Virus record (IMG/VR): IMGVR_UViG_3300030330_006019
Coordinates: 1 to 64,000 of that record
Length of the DNA stretch: 64,000 nucleotides
Reading direction: 5' to 3' (one strand)
Origin: a virus
Lineage: Duplodnaviria; Caudoviricetes
This document shows, piece after piece, positions 17,435-26,757 of the stretch (positions within the stretch are counted from its first letter, which is position 1; every line of letters begins with the position of its first letter). The position numbers were made by a program, and so were the translations under genes. Below the pieces are notes generated by a model. The model was not told the origin of the DNA. It saw only the letters and a list, made by a program, of their open reading frames with translations, and ran no database searches.

Positions 17435-18448
17435 CTATAAATATTTTAGATAATTTTTCCATTTCATTTCTGCTCTTGTTGCTGCTTTTTCATAAGGATG
17501 AGTTTTGTAATCATATTTTCCACTATCATAACCTGCTTTGAACTTTTTTCTATTTTGTAATGTATGAGTATGCTCATGAAGTAATGACCTAATTATTTGT
17601 TCAGTGTTAGATATTGCTGATGCATATAAATATATTTTTCTTTTATCCCAGTCATATTCACCATAAGGATTGTTGTCAACCATTAAATCTTCTTCACCAA
17701 CTGCACCAAGTCTTCTGTATATATTATTATGTACTTCAACCTTTACAGCTCTTCCACCTAAATCTTTTACTATGTGTGGATAAACTTTACTCACCACATC
17801 CAATATTTCCATTTTAGATGATTCAACAATAAATCTTTCATTTAATGGTTTATCAGATTGTTTAAGCTTTACAACCATTCTAACATTTCGTTTCTTTACA
17901 CTATATTCTGGTCGTGTTCTCTTTCCATATATGTAATCACCTTTTGGAAAATCAACCTGTGTATATCCTCCACCTTCAAACCAAGGTTCAGGTTTACCTT
18001 TTCTCATTCCTAATCTACGTGTTTTTCCACCAGGAATAAATCCAGTGTCTGGTTCTCCAGCGTCAGCAGTGTACGTACTATTACTACTGCCTTCATTCAT
18101 TTTTTTAGTTTTAGCTTTTAACTTTTCTAAATGTGCTGACCAAATTTGATATGCTTGATTTAAGTCTGATTTTTTTTCTGGGTCCTTTGCACGTTCCTTT
18201 GCAACCTTTGCACGTTGTTTCATAACAAGTGTTGCTTGTACTTTATGTGCATGAGTTCTTTTTGCCTTGTTGACTTTTGCAATTCCTTTTCTTGCAGTTG
18301 TTGCATTTTTGAAACCTAAACCATGTATAGTTCCTTTTGGGTCTTCATCAGTAAATAAATCAGAATGTTTACTGCTTTTTTTCTTTTGACCTTTTTTTCT
18401 GGCTTTTCTAGATTCAGCTTCATATAATATATCAGCAAGGCTAATCAT
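17435..18448 (-). CDS. Multidomain protein with C-terminal HExxH metallopeptidase-like domain; MISLxxILxE leader
   Basis: Basic HSDLFTDEDPKGTIHGLGF domain; LLHEHTH...PYE..A. Confidence 0.75.
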   Translation of the reverse strand: MISLADILYEAESRKARKKGQKKKSSKHSDLFTDEDPKGTIHGLGFKNATTARKGIAKVNKAKRTHAHKVQATLVMKQRAKVAKERAKDPEKKSDLNQAYQIWSAHLEKLKAKTKKMNEGSSNSTYTADAGEPDTGFIPGGKTRRLGMRKGKPEPWFEGGGYTQVDFPKGDYIYGKRTRPEYSVKKRNVRMVVKLKQSDKPLNERFIVESSKMEILDVVSKVYPHIVKDLGGRAVKVEVHNNIYRRLGAVGEEDLMVDNNPYGEYDWDKRKIYLYASAISNTEQIIRSLLHEHTHTLQNRKKFKAGYDSGKYDYKTHPYEKAATRAEMKWKNYLKYL

Positions 18449-18990
18449 TACTTCTTTTTACCTCTAACCTTTTTAGCAAGGTCTTTGTCGGCTTTACCCC
18501 AAGTACCTGGACTTTTTGTTGCAAAACTATTTACCCTTGCATATCCCCATTGTTGTTGACTTGCTCCAGGTCTATGTCCTGTTTTCCATGCAGCCATTCC
18601 TCTGTTAAAAACTTGTTTAAGTACACCGTATGGCATTCCAGATTTTTTGGCTTTCTTTTGAAGTGCTTTCTTTACAGGTGCACTTACCTCAGTATGAAGC
18701 TTTGACATTTCATAAACTTCTTTAAGAGTATTCCAACCAGCTTCACCAAACATTTTTTTGAATTTATTTGTATGCTGTGATGGTTTTGTCTTTTCGCCCT
18801 TGTCACTTCTAAATGGCTTATATGCATCTGGGTCGTCATCATCCATTTTACTTCTACGAGCAATTACATTTGACCGTTCTTTCTTTTCCTTTGCAGAAAG
18901 TCCTTTGTAATATTCTGGTGATTTTTTTGGATCCGCTCCAGCTGATTTTTTCTTTTTATCTTCGAATAGTTCTAATGTTTTTTTAATCAT
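18448..18990 (-). CDS. Basic protein, DUF5824-like
   Basis: VFNRGMAAWKTGHRPGASQQQWGYARVNSF...ADKDL motif, recalled from DUF5824 of algal viruses and phages. Confidence 0.65.
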   Translation of the reverse strand: MIKKTLELFEDKKKKSAGADPKKSPEYYKGLSAKEKKERSNVIARRSKMDDDDPDAYKPFRSDKGEKTKPSQHTNKFKKMFGEAGWNTLKEVYEMSKLHTEVSAPVKKALQKKAKKSGMPYGVLKQVFNRGMAAWKTGHRPGASQQQWGYARVNSFATKSPGTWGKADKDLAKKVRGKKK

Positions 18991-18994
18991 AATT

Positions 18995-19273
18995 TTATCC
19001 CATCATTGCAGCAGCCATTGCATTATTGGCTTTCTTTTTAGATTGATAACACGCTCGTGCTTTCATTCTTGGTTTACCTGATTTTGTTCTTTGTATACTT
19101 CCAATCTTTTTGCCTTTATATTTTTTTGGATTGTTTTCTTTCTCTGCCTTAGTAAGTTTATCATCTACATATGCACAAAACTTACCACCAACTTTTCTTA
19201 CATCTTCTTCAACATCTTCAATGTTTTCTACATCTTCAATAAGATTCATTATTTGTTTATAATACTTTTCCAT
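18995..19273 (-). CDS. Hypothetical basic protein
   Basis: Coupled by TAATG overlap. Confidence 0.65.
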   Translation of the reverse strand: MEKYYKQIMNLIEDVENIEDVEEDVRKVGGKFCAYVDDKLTKAEKENNPKKYKGKKIGSIQRTKSGKPRMKARACYQSKKKANNAMAAAMMG

Positions 19274-19968
19274 TATGGTGCCTCTATTGCTGAAATTTGG
19301 TCTTGTGCATTCTTTTTTGATGTATGACAGTTACTAAACTTTTTACCTTTTTTACTAGTATATGATAATGTATAAGTTCCTCTATCACCATCGGACTGTT
19401 TACAAGCCTGTTTTCTTATGTTATATTTTTCCTTTAGATTAGTAATTTTATTACCTTTGTTTTGAAAAACTAACCCGTCCTTTCTTAGCATTAAGACTAA
19501 CTCTCTACCAAACTTATTTCCACGAATATTTGAAAAAGCACCTTTGTTTGTTTTTTTGTCCCAGTTAGACCAAACAGATTCAATTGCCTTAAACATTCTA
19601 TCATCTGAAATATTTTTTAATGCCATTATAATTTTCTTTTCATTCTTTTTTACATACTTTTCAAAATCTAGATATGCAAATTCATTTGGTGACTCAGTCG
19701 GAAATGGTACATTAGTCAAACCAAATCTTCCGTGCTTTTTAGCCGTTGCACTCATTTCATCTAAATCTTTTACTTTTTTATATGCTGAACCATAAGGGGA
19801 AGATTTTCCATCATGGTCAGTTACTGTATTATCTGCAACACGTCTCTTAAGAGATATTCCTGCAGGCTGACCTCCAACTGTATTATCAAGAGAACGACCT
19901 TTTTCATAATATCCAGTCCAAGAAAATGAACCAATTCTTTCAAATATTTTTAGTGTTTGTTTTATCAT
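19273..19968 (-). CDS. Hypothetical protein (putative virion-internal)
   Basis: MIKQTLKIFE leader; internal LDE and LKE sites. Confidence 0.7.
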   Translation of the reverse strand: MIKQTLKIFERIGSFSWTGYYEKGRSLDNTVGGQPAGISLKRRVADNTVTDHDGKSSPYGSAYKKVKDLDEMSATAKKHGRFGLTNVPFPTESPNEFAYLDFEKYVKKNEKKIIMALKNISDDRMFKAIESVWSNWDKKTNKGAFSNIRGNKFGRELVLMLRKDGLVFQNKGNKITNLKEKYNIRKQACKQSDGDRGTYTLSYTSKKGKKFSNCHTSKKNAQDQISAIEAP

Positions 19969-19977
19969 AATGTTTTC

Positions 19978-20310
19978 CTACCAAGTTCTACATGCCCAGT
20001 ACCTAGCTTTATGTTTAGGTCCAGGATTGTCACAATTAAATCTAGCTCTAAAGTTTGCCCGAGCCTTTGGATTGTTTTTTCTTATTCTCATAGTACCACC
20101 TTTAGCATCACCACCTTGTCCAAAGTTTACCTTTACAACATTACCTTTTGGATTTTTTACATATACCTTAAACTTTTTTGCATCACCTTGCATTATCTTA
20201 TTAAGTTTTACTTTACGACCTTGATATTCAGCCTCAGCAAATAATATTGGTTCTGATGACTCGTATATTTCAAGTCTTAAGTTTTTATTTTTGTATATTG
20301 TTTTTTCCAT
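19978..20310 (-). CDS. Conserved basic phage protein
   Basis: KKFKVYVKN..GNVVKVNFG...R.NFRARFNC...ARYWACR.W, recalled from large marine phages. Confidence 0.75.
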   Translation of the reverse strand: MEKTIYKNKNLRLEIYESSEPILFAEAEYQGRKVKLNKIMQGDAKKFKVYVKNPKGNVVKVNFGQGGDAKGGTMRIRKNNPKARANFRARFNCDNPGPKHKARYWACRTW

Positions 20311-20319
20311 AATTTTTTC

Positions 20320-21048
20320 CTATCTACAGTTTCTAGCATATTGAGTTAAAAAATCATTCAAATCTCTAAATGCAGCTAAACCTTCACCAAGATGGCCTTT
20401 AGGAATTCCTGGTGTATTTTCGGCTTCACCATCTGAAAGTCTTTCTCCAAGTGCCAACATATATCTACAAGAAGAATATTTTTCTAATATATCTTTCTGA
20501 CCAGCCGCTGGTACTCTACTAAACCATTCAACTGCAAATGCTCCCTTCTTTTTTGTACGTCCATCTGAATCTGTTTCTTGTTTTAATCTAACAACATTTC
20601 CTTTTCTATCCAATCCAACTTTTGACCCAGATTCATTTATTACTGGTTCATTTGGGTTAAAAAAACTAGCACTAAGAGTTGTACCATCAGTTTTAGTCTT
20701 TGCCAAAAATTTTGGATTCGTAACTCTAAAACAAAATTGCGTGGATGCTCCATCACTCGAACTACACATTCTTTCTGCACGTATACCGTACTTTAAGTCA
20801 TCTCCATCAATTGCCCTGTCATACATTCCTTCAGCTGATGCTGATGCCTTTATACCAGCAATTTTATCTGCCTTCTTAAATAGTGGGCGTCTTTCACCGT
20901 CCTTATCACGACTAATTAATCGTCTCTTATCAGTTTCCTTTTGAATTATTATTTCACTAGTTGGTACTTCTTCAATTTTTTCACCACAGTGTTCACAAAA
21001 TTCTTCAAGTATTTGCTGACTACCACTAAATGTCATTCTTAGAACCAT
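20320..21048 (-). CDS. Hypothetical protein
   Basis: 242-aa ORF, TAATG coupled, N-terminal CEHC. Confidence 0.7.
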   Translation of the reverse strand: MVLRMTFSGSQQILEEFCEHCGEKIEEVPTSEIIIQKETDKRRLISRDKDGERRPLFKKADKIAGIKASASAEGMYDRAIDGDDLKYGIRAERMCSSSDGASTQFCFRVTNPKFLAKTKTDGTTLSASFFNPNEPVINESGSKVGLDRKGNVVRLKQETDSDGRTKKKGAFAVEWFSRVPAAGQKDILEKYSSCRYMLALGERLSDGEAENTPGIPKGHLGEGLAAFRDLNDFLTQYARNCR

Positions 21049-22481
21049 TATATCTCCAACTGTTTATTTATTTCTTCCCTTACTGTTTTAATAAATTTTG
21101 ACTCATTTGTATTTTCTAAACCTAAAGCTGTGACTATATCTAAAACATTATAGTCATCTTCAAGTCCTGACTTCTTTAATTCAGTTTTTACAATTTCTTT
21201 AACCTTTTCTATATCTTCATCATCTTCACTTACACCAGATGCTTTTGCCATTTCACCAGCACCAACATTACTAGCACTACCAATTGCAAATCCTTGTTTT
21301 ACAACAGGGTGGCTGGCCATACTAGCTTCTTTCATATTCTTCATCCAACCAAATGCATCCATTGTATATGCCATTGCAGCTTCTGGATCCTTTTCTTTTA
21401 GTTTTTTAATTAATGCCTTTACACCTTTTCTATGAAAATGTTTTTCTGGTAATCTATCCAATGCATTCTTAAACTTGTTTGAAACTGTTGGATACTTTTT
21501 TGCTTCATTAACCTCTTTGACCTTCTTCTCTTTAGCCATTAATTGTTGAATTTTCAAAAGAGTTTCTTTATCTTTTTTAGAAAGTTTACTCATAATTTTT
21601 TGTCTATGCATATCTTTTAATGCTTTTTCCCATGATTCAGTTGATTCTGCAACATCTGAACCATCAATTTTTGCTTCAGCATCTTCAGCATATCCATAAG
21701 CCGATGGAGCTTTAACAGCTGCACCACCTCTTTCAGTCATTTCTTTCTGTATTAAATCACGTAGTAATACTTTTAATTCTTTAACATCAACATCTTCTAC
21801 ATCTTTTGTTTCATTTGCTTTCTTTAGCATATCAATCAACTTCTCAGCTTGTCCACCATGTAGTTTACTTGCACCTCTTAATTGTGTTACTATCTTTTCT
21901 ATTTTATCAGCTTGTCCACCATGTAGTTTACTTGCGCCTTTTAGCTGTGTAATTATTTTTTCTATAGATTTTTCATAATCTTTAATTGGCTTTTTGTTTT
22001 CTTTAACAAGTTTCAAATCACCAGCACTAGCACCAGCAGCACCTAAACGATATTTGTTTCTCATACCTGTAGGTTTTATATTATATGTACCATTACCAAA
22101 ATCATGTATGACTTCATGTTTTTCACCTTTATGAGGTCCCTTATTTGGAATTACAATACTACCTTTTTTTATTTTAGCTTCTGTTATTTTGCCTTCATTC
22201 TTTGCAGCATTTTGTTTTTTTCTTAATTCTGCTGGGTTATCGGCTAGTCCATCCTTACCATCTAAATAATTGTATACACTTTGTAAATAGTCCATTGACT
22301 TTGTCAACTTTGACTGCACCCATGAAGGAAACTGTAACTTATCAGAATCACCACCATAATTGTCCATGAAATCATATATCATTTTTGCATATTCCATAGA
22401 ACGCTCAAGTTGTGATTTTGCCATTTGGCCTTCGTTATCTTCAAGCTCAGTTAATTGTTTTTTTGTTATTTTGTTTTTCAT
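21048..22481 (-). CDS. K/E-rich modular protein, possible head core or internal protein
   Basis: EGQMAKSQL...WVQSKLTK..DYL module; many hydrophobic-x-E sites (LTE, ITE, VKE, MTE, VNE, MKE); internal 21-aa duplication. Confidence 0.7.
   Translation of the reverse strand: MKNKITKKQLTELEDNEGQMAKSQLERSMEYAKMIYDFMDNYGGDSDKLQFPSWVQSKLTKSMDYLQSVYNYLDGKDGLADNPAELRKKQNAAKNEGKITEAKIKKGSIVIPNKGPHKGEKHEVIHDFGNGTYNIKPTGMRNKYRLGAAGASAGDLKLVKENKKPIKDYEKSIEKIITQLKGASKLHGGQADKIEKIVTQLRGASKLHGGQAEKLIDMLKKANETKDVEDVDVKELKVLLRDLIQKEMTERGGAAVKAPSAYGYAEDAEAKIDGSDVAESTESWEKALKDMHRQKIMSKLSKKDKETLLKIQQLMAKEKKVKEVNEAKKYPTVSNKFKNALDRLPEKHFHRKGVKALIKKLKEKDPEAAMAYTMDAFGWMKNMKEASMASHPVVKQGFAIGSASNVGAGEMAKASGVSEDDEDIEKVKEIVKTELKKSGLEDDYNVLDIVTALGLENTNESKFIKTVREEINKQLEI
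21844..21965. repeat. 63-bp tandem duplication inside the 477-aa gene
   Basis: tcagcttgtccaccatgtagtttacttgc at 21844 and 21907; protein IEKI(I/V)TQL(K/R)GASKLHGGQA twice. Confidence 0.9.
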
Positions 22482-22484
22482 AGC

Positions 22485-23735
22485 TTACTTTCCATACATT
22501 CTTTTAACTACATTTCCACCTTTTTTAAGTTTTCTTTCATAATATCCATTATCAAGGTGCTTTATAAATTTAGGACCAACCATTCTTTCAATTTTACTTT
22601 TGTCAGTTATTACAGGTGCGCCTTTCCCTATCATAATATCATTCATCTTTTTACTAGCTTCTAAACTATAACCTTCAGATTTTACCATGTTTACAACTTT
22701 TTTAACAACTGCACTCTTACTTGGTCCTTGACCATCAGTTGCTAATAATTTTACACGATTACCTCTTGTGAATATAAAGGCATCTGGCATAGGGTCTTTA
22801 TCAACATCGATTAACATTACTATTTCATATCCAGATTTTAACTCTGATGGTGAAAATGCTGATAGTTGCATACCTTCTGAAGAATAGACAGCTTTGTAAT
22901 GCTTAAATATATCATTCATTATTCTATCATCTATATTAGATAATTGTTGCTTTATCCATTTCTTTTTTGGATGGTTATCTAAATCATAATTTTCAGGTAA
23001 TAAGTTTTTTAGTGATAACTTTTTTTCTTCAGCAATTGCAATAATAGCTGTGATTTTTGTTCTCTTTGTTATTCTGTATTCATTTAAGTTTACATGTTTT
23101 TTCAAATGTTCAAATAGTGACTTTGCTAAATTTACACCAAATGATGTATCTGATGCATAATGAACTTTTGCAACCATTCTTGAATTTGCAACATCTGCAC
23201 CTAAATTCATTAACTCCATACTATGCTCTGGATATATTTCTGATAGTATTAATGAAATTAATGTTCCTTGAGTTGCATGTCCTGATGGATATGCTGGTGT
23301 TTGTGCAGATTCTAATGGTTCTTCATGAAATCTTAATCTGTATGATTCTGCTATTTGTTTAGGTCTAGGCCTGTTGTAATGATATTTTAATTTTAATACT
23401 ATTGACCTTACAGCTTTGGTAACCTCTGTTATAAATGCCTTTGGAAAAACATGGTCACATCCACATGAATTTTCAATAAACCATTTTTCAAAATATTCTA
23501 TTGTTTTATCACCTTCATGTATAAATTTGTTATCTAATGGAATAGCATCAATTTGAAGTATTTCTCTAAATGTTGCTTGACTACTATTTTTTGGTGGTGG
23601 CATTGCCATCCACTGTGATGTATCAAAAGTATCAAATGGTTTTGCAGGATTGTTTATTACATCCAGATGTTTCTTTTTGATATTATCTGAATATACCATA
23701 TTATTCATATTTACTATGTCAACTAAACTAATCAT
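22485..23735 (-). CDS. PAP2/vanadium-haloperoxidase-superfamily phosphatase fused to a C-terminal unknown domain
   Basis: K..YNRPRP, PAYPSGH, SR....HY.SD. Confidence 0.85.
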   Translation of the reverse strand: MISLVDIVNMNNMVYSDNIKKKHLDVINNPAKPFDTFDTSQWMAMPPPKNSSQATFREILQIDAIPLDNKFIHEGDKTIEYFEKWFIENSCGCDHVFPKAFITEVTKAVRSIVLKLKYHYNRPRPKQIAESYRLRFHEEPLESAQTPAYPSGHATQGTLISLILSEIYPEHSMELMNLGADVANSRMVAKVHYASDTSFGVNLAKSLFEHLKKHVNLNEYRITKRTKITAIIAIAEEKKLSLKNLLPENYDLDNHPKKKWIKQQLSNIDDRIMNDIFKHYKAVYSSEGMQLSAFSPSELKSGYEIVMLIDVDKDPMPDAFIFTRGNRVKLLATDGQGPSKSAVVKKVVNMVKSEGYSLEASKKMNDIMIGKGAPVITDKSKIERMVGPKFIKHLDNGYYERKLKKGGNVVKRMYGK

Positions 23736-24322
23736 TAGTATTGTTCCATTCTATCCAATTTAGCCATAAGTTTTTTGAACTGAGCCTTTTTCTGTTTATA
23801 TTCTTTTTGTTTCTTTTCAATCTCTCTACCATATCTAGTGGCTTTAGGACCACCTTCCGGTTCAGCTTCTTGTTCCATGTCTTTGTAAAGTTCACTTAAG
23901 GCTTTATTAATCATTTGCATATCCATTTCAATATCCATTATCTCGTCTTGTAATTTCATTTTAGCATCAAAATGTTTCCAAAGACTAGTAGCTTCAGTTA
24001 ATTTGTTTTCATCTACAGAAGAAACCAATGCAAATGGCATTTGTAATTCATCTTGTTCTTCTTTATCTTCAGTCTTAAGTCCTTTTTTGATTTTGTTTAC
24101 TAACATCATCAATTCACCAGAATCTATTTTTAATGCCTCTATCAATCCGGCCAATAAAACTTTTTGTTTTTGGCGATTTAGATTTGCACCCCTGATTGCT
24201 GATAAAAACTTTTCCATGTATCTTTTTATTTCAGAAGGTAATGAAGGTGTTGCTTCAGTTACTTTGCTTTCATTTAATTCTTGGCGTATCATATTTTTAA
24301 TTTCATTTAATAATTTACTCAT
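23735..24322 (-). CDS. Coiled-coil protein (putative virion-internal)
   Basis: Start moved to MSKLLNE (ATGA overlap at 24319-24322); LNE, VTE and LTE sites. Confidence 0.7.
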   Translation of the reverse strand: MSKLLNEIKNMIRQELNESKVTEATPSLPSEIKRYMEKFLSAIRGANLNRQKQKVLLAGLIEALKIDSGELMMLVNKIKKGLKTEDKEEQDELQMPFALVSSVDENKLTEATSLWKHFDAKMKLQDEIMDIEMDMQMINKALSELYKDMEQEAEPEGGPKATRYGREIEKKQKEYKQKKAQFKKLMAKLDRMEQY

Positions 24323-25020
24323 GATTTTCTCAACTCCAATTCTTTTCTTATCCATGCTTTTGCAATTGGATTTTGTACTGGTTTAGACATAAATGAATTT
24401 GCTCCACGCTTAACTGCCCGTTCAAATTCTTTGTATTCACTATTGTCCACTATTAACATATTACTTGCACCAAATAAACTTTGAAATTTTCCAAGATTAC
24501 TTTGTACATCTGACCAGCCTTTCTTTACAACATCCGTTGGTACTTTTCTTTCACGCCTTTGATTTCTTTTTAATGCAACATCTAAATCGGTATTAACAAA
24601 TACCATGTAGCAATCATATCCAACAGACTCTAATCTTCTTTTTTGTTTTGCTATTTTTGCATAATCTTTTCCAGTTCCATCAATAAGCAATCCAAGTCTT
24701 CCATTTATATAATTCTTAAGAGCAGCATCTCTAACCTTTTTACTCTTTTTTCTTATCTCCATAGCTTGTTCATATTCTGCTGGTGTCATCTTTGCAATAT
24801 CTTGGGATAGTCCACTCATTTTCAAATATGTTTCAAAGTACTTGTCACTATTAACAGATTTTAGTCCTTTTGCAGAAACAAATGGCATTTTTTCTGGCAT
24901 ACCAAATAATGTAGATGCAACATATGACTTTCCACTACCAGGACCGCCAGCTGTGAACACAGCCTTAAATATACCCGGGTCATATACACCTTCTGTTAAT
25001 ATGGCAACAAGTTTAATCAT
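24319..25020 (-). CDS. P-loop kinase, zeta-toxin-like/AAA_33, with MIKLxxILxE leader
   Basis: AGGPGSGKS, VNSD, LLIDGTG, FVNTDLDVALKRN..RER. Confidence 0.85.
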   Translation of the reverse strand: MIKLVAILTEGVYDPGIFKAVFTAGGPGSGKSYVASTLFGMPEKMPFVSAKGLKSVNSDKYFETYLKMSGLSQDIAKMTPAEYEQAMEIRKKSKKVRDAALKNYINGRLGLLIDGTGKDYAKIAKQKRRLESVGYDCYMVFVNTDLDVALKRNQRRERKVPTDVVKKGWSDVQSNLGKFQSLFGASNMLIVDNSEYKEFERAVKRGANSFMSKPVQNPIAKAWIRKELELRKS

Positions 25021-25496
25021 GAAGCCCTTTTCAATACATTAACATTTTTCAATCCAGCTAAGAAATCATCCGTAAGAAAAACTGCTCTTCCTATTTCTCT
25101 TTCAGGACCTTTATCTGGATAGTTAGGTCTCTCCTCTACCATCACTGCTGTTAGGTTTACACCACCTGTTCCAAAATCCCTATGATGATATTGAGTTTGG
25201 TGTATAAAGTATTTCTTTCCGTCCTTTCCTTCAACAACATGATACTGTATATGTACAAACATAACTCCTTGAGTTCTGTTCATATTTTGGTCTATGAATT
25301 TTACTTGCTTTTGAGCTTTACCAAGGTTTACCTTTGAAAAACCAGCTTTCTTTAATGTTCTTTCTACTGCTTTTGCATTCTGTGTATTTCTACTGTACAT
25401 GTCCATAGGGTCAAAGTCATATTCAGTAAACTCGTTTAATTGGTGCTTACCTTCTAATAGTTCTCTTCTCCATTTTGAGTCATTAAATTTTGTCAT
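25017..25496 (-). CDS. Hypothetical protein (putative virion-internal)
   Basis: LLE/LNE near the N-terminus; coupled to neighbours. Confidence 0.7.
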   Translation of the reverse strand: MTKFNDSKWRRELLEGKHQLNEFTEYDFDPMDMYSRNTQNAKAVERTLKKAGFSKVNLGKAQKQVKFIDQNMNRTQGVMFVHIQYHVVEGKDGKKYFIHQTQYHHRDFGTGGVNLTAVMVEERPNYPDKGPEREIGRAVFLTDDFLAGLKNVNVLKRAS

Positions 25497-25498
25497 AA

Positions 25499-25885
25499 TT
25501 ACACATCCAATACTTTATTTGTTGTTTGAAAATTTTTCTTTCTCATCACTGTTTTTACTATTAAATCCAATTCACCATCTTTATCCTGTGCAAATACAAA
25601 TGGCATATTTATATCACTTCTCATGTCCTTTATAACGGCTTGAGCATCTGATGTTAGAGATGGTAATTTTTTTCCATACTTATTCCATGTTCTCTTAAAA
25701 ACACCAATTAATTCTGCTGATGATATTGGCTTTATATTTCTCTTATCATTAACACGTTGTCTAAAGTGTCTTGTAAAATCAACGTCGATACCTGCTGCCG
25801 CAAAAAGTTTATCTGCATAACTTTCAACATTACGCATATCACTCTTTGTTACATACTCAAATAGTATATCTGTTAATTTAATCAT
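25499..25885 (-). CDS. Conserved phage protein, possible BECR-fold RNase-like; MIKLTDILFE leader
   Basis: FTRHF.QRVND.RN...KTVMRK resembles the H-x-x-x-R...T signature of BECR-type nucleases; fold is inferred. Confidence 0.55.
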   Translation of the reverse strand: MIKLTDILFEYVTKSDMRNVESYADKLFAAAGIDVDFTRHFRQRVNDKRNIKPISSAELIGVFKRTWNKYGKKLPSLTSDAQAVIKDMRSDINMPFVFAQDKDGELDLIVKTVMRKKNFQTTNKVLDV

Positions 25886-26106
25886 TACTTTCCATTACCT
25901 TTTATTTTTTCTATTGAACTTATACCAAAGCTACCTAAAGTAACAATGACAAATGAATTATATATTACTTCATTTATTACAAGTTCCATACCACACCATC
26001 CAGTAATTAAATCTGCAATTGCAAATAATACCATTAATATAAATGATGCAAAGCCAACAATGGCCTTTTCATTTATATCATTTTCATCCTTAAATAATTT
26101 CCACAT
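25885..26106 (-). CDS. Small 2-TM membrane protein (holin-like size)
   Basis: Two hydrophobic helices and a charged C-terminus. Confidence 0.7.
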   Translation of the reverse strand: MWKLFKDENDINEKAIVGFASFILMVLFAIADLITGWCGMELVINEVIYNSFVIVTLGSFGISSIEKIKGNGK

Positions 26107-26453
26107 TAGAATCCCTCTAATAATATTTCATCAATCTTTTCCTGTACATCTTCTTTGGTTGCTTTCATAGCAAATGATATATCTGCTTGAAATCTTTTAA
26201 CCTCTTCTCCATCGTTAAAAATTATAATTGTTGGTACAACAACTATTTCCCATTTACCTTGAGCCTTTGTATCTGTAGCTATGTCACACTTTTTCACTTT
26301 ACAGTCTGTCAAATCACTTACCCATTTAACATCGTTTGCTGAATTCCAATTTGCATTGAAGTGAACTACTTGTACACCACTACCAACCTTTAAGCTTTGG
26401 CTGAAACCAATTATTGGCAATAACATAACTATAATCAATTTAATAAATTTCAT
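26106..26453 (-). CDS. Exported thioredoxin-fold protein lacking CxxC
   Basis: Signal peptide; VVHFNANWN in place of F.A.WCxxC; I.VVPTIIIF.DGEEV.R cis-Pro loop. Confidence 0.75.
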   Translation of the reverse strand: MKFIKLIIVMLLPIIGFSQSLKVGSGVQVVHFNANWNSANDVKWVSDLTDCKVKKCDIATDTKAQGKWEIVVVPTIIIFNDGEEVKRFQADISFAMKATKEDVQEKIDEILLEGF

Positions 26454-26456
26454 AAC

Positions 26457-26747
26457 TTATCTCCTGTTTAGTTCATCAATTTTTTCCTCAATCCTGTCCA
26501 AATCTTCCTTTATTTCTTCAACGTCTTCTTGAGTATTCTCTATGGTTAAACGTATGTTTTTATCCTTCATATCAAATTCCATTCTTGTGACATCCGGTGG
26601 AGGCGGAACTGGTAATTCTTTTGCCTCTTCAATATCTGCCTGTAGTGCAAACCACATTCCGATAACTGTTGCCATTGCGAATCCAATTGCAATAAGGGTT
26701 TTTATACTAACCTTAAAACCTGAATCTTCATTTAATTCCTTTGCCAT
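26457..26747 (-). CDS. Single-TM protein with Pro linker and C-terminal coiled coil
   Basis: TM LIAIGFAMATVIGMWFAL, PVPPPP, heptad VEEIKEDLDRIEEKIDEL; AGGAG SD. Confidence 0.75.
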   Translation of the reverse strand: MAKELNEDSGFKVSIKTLIAIGFAMATVIGMWFALQADIEEAKELPVPPPPDVTRMEFDMKDKNIRLTIENTQEDVEEIKEDLDRIEEKIDELNRR

Positions 26748-26757
26748 GTGTAAACTC

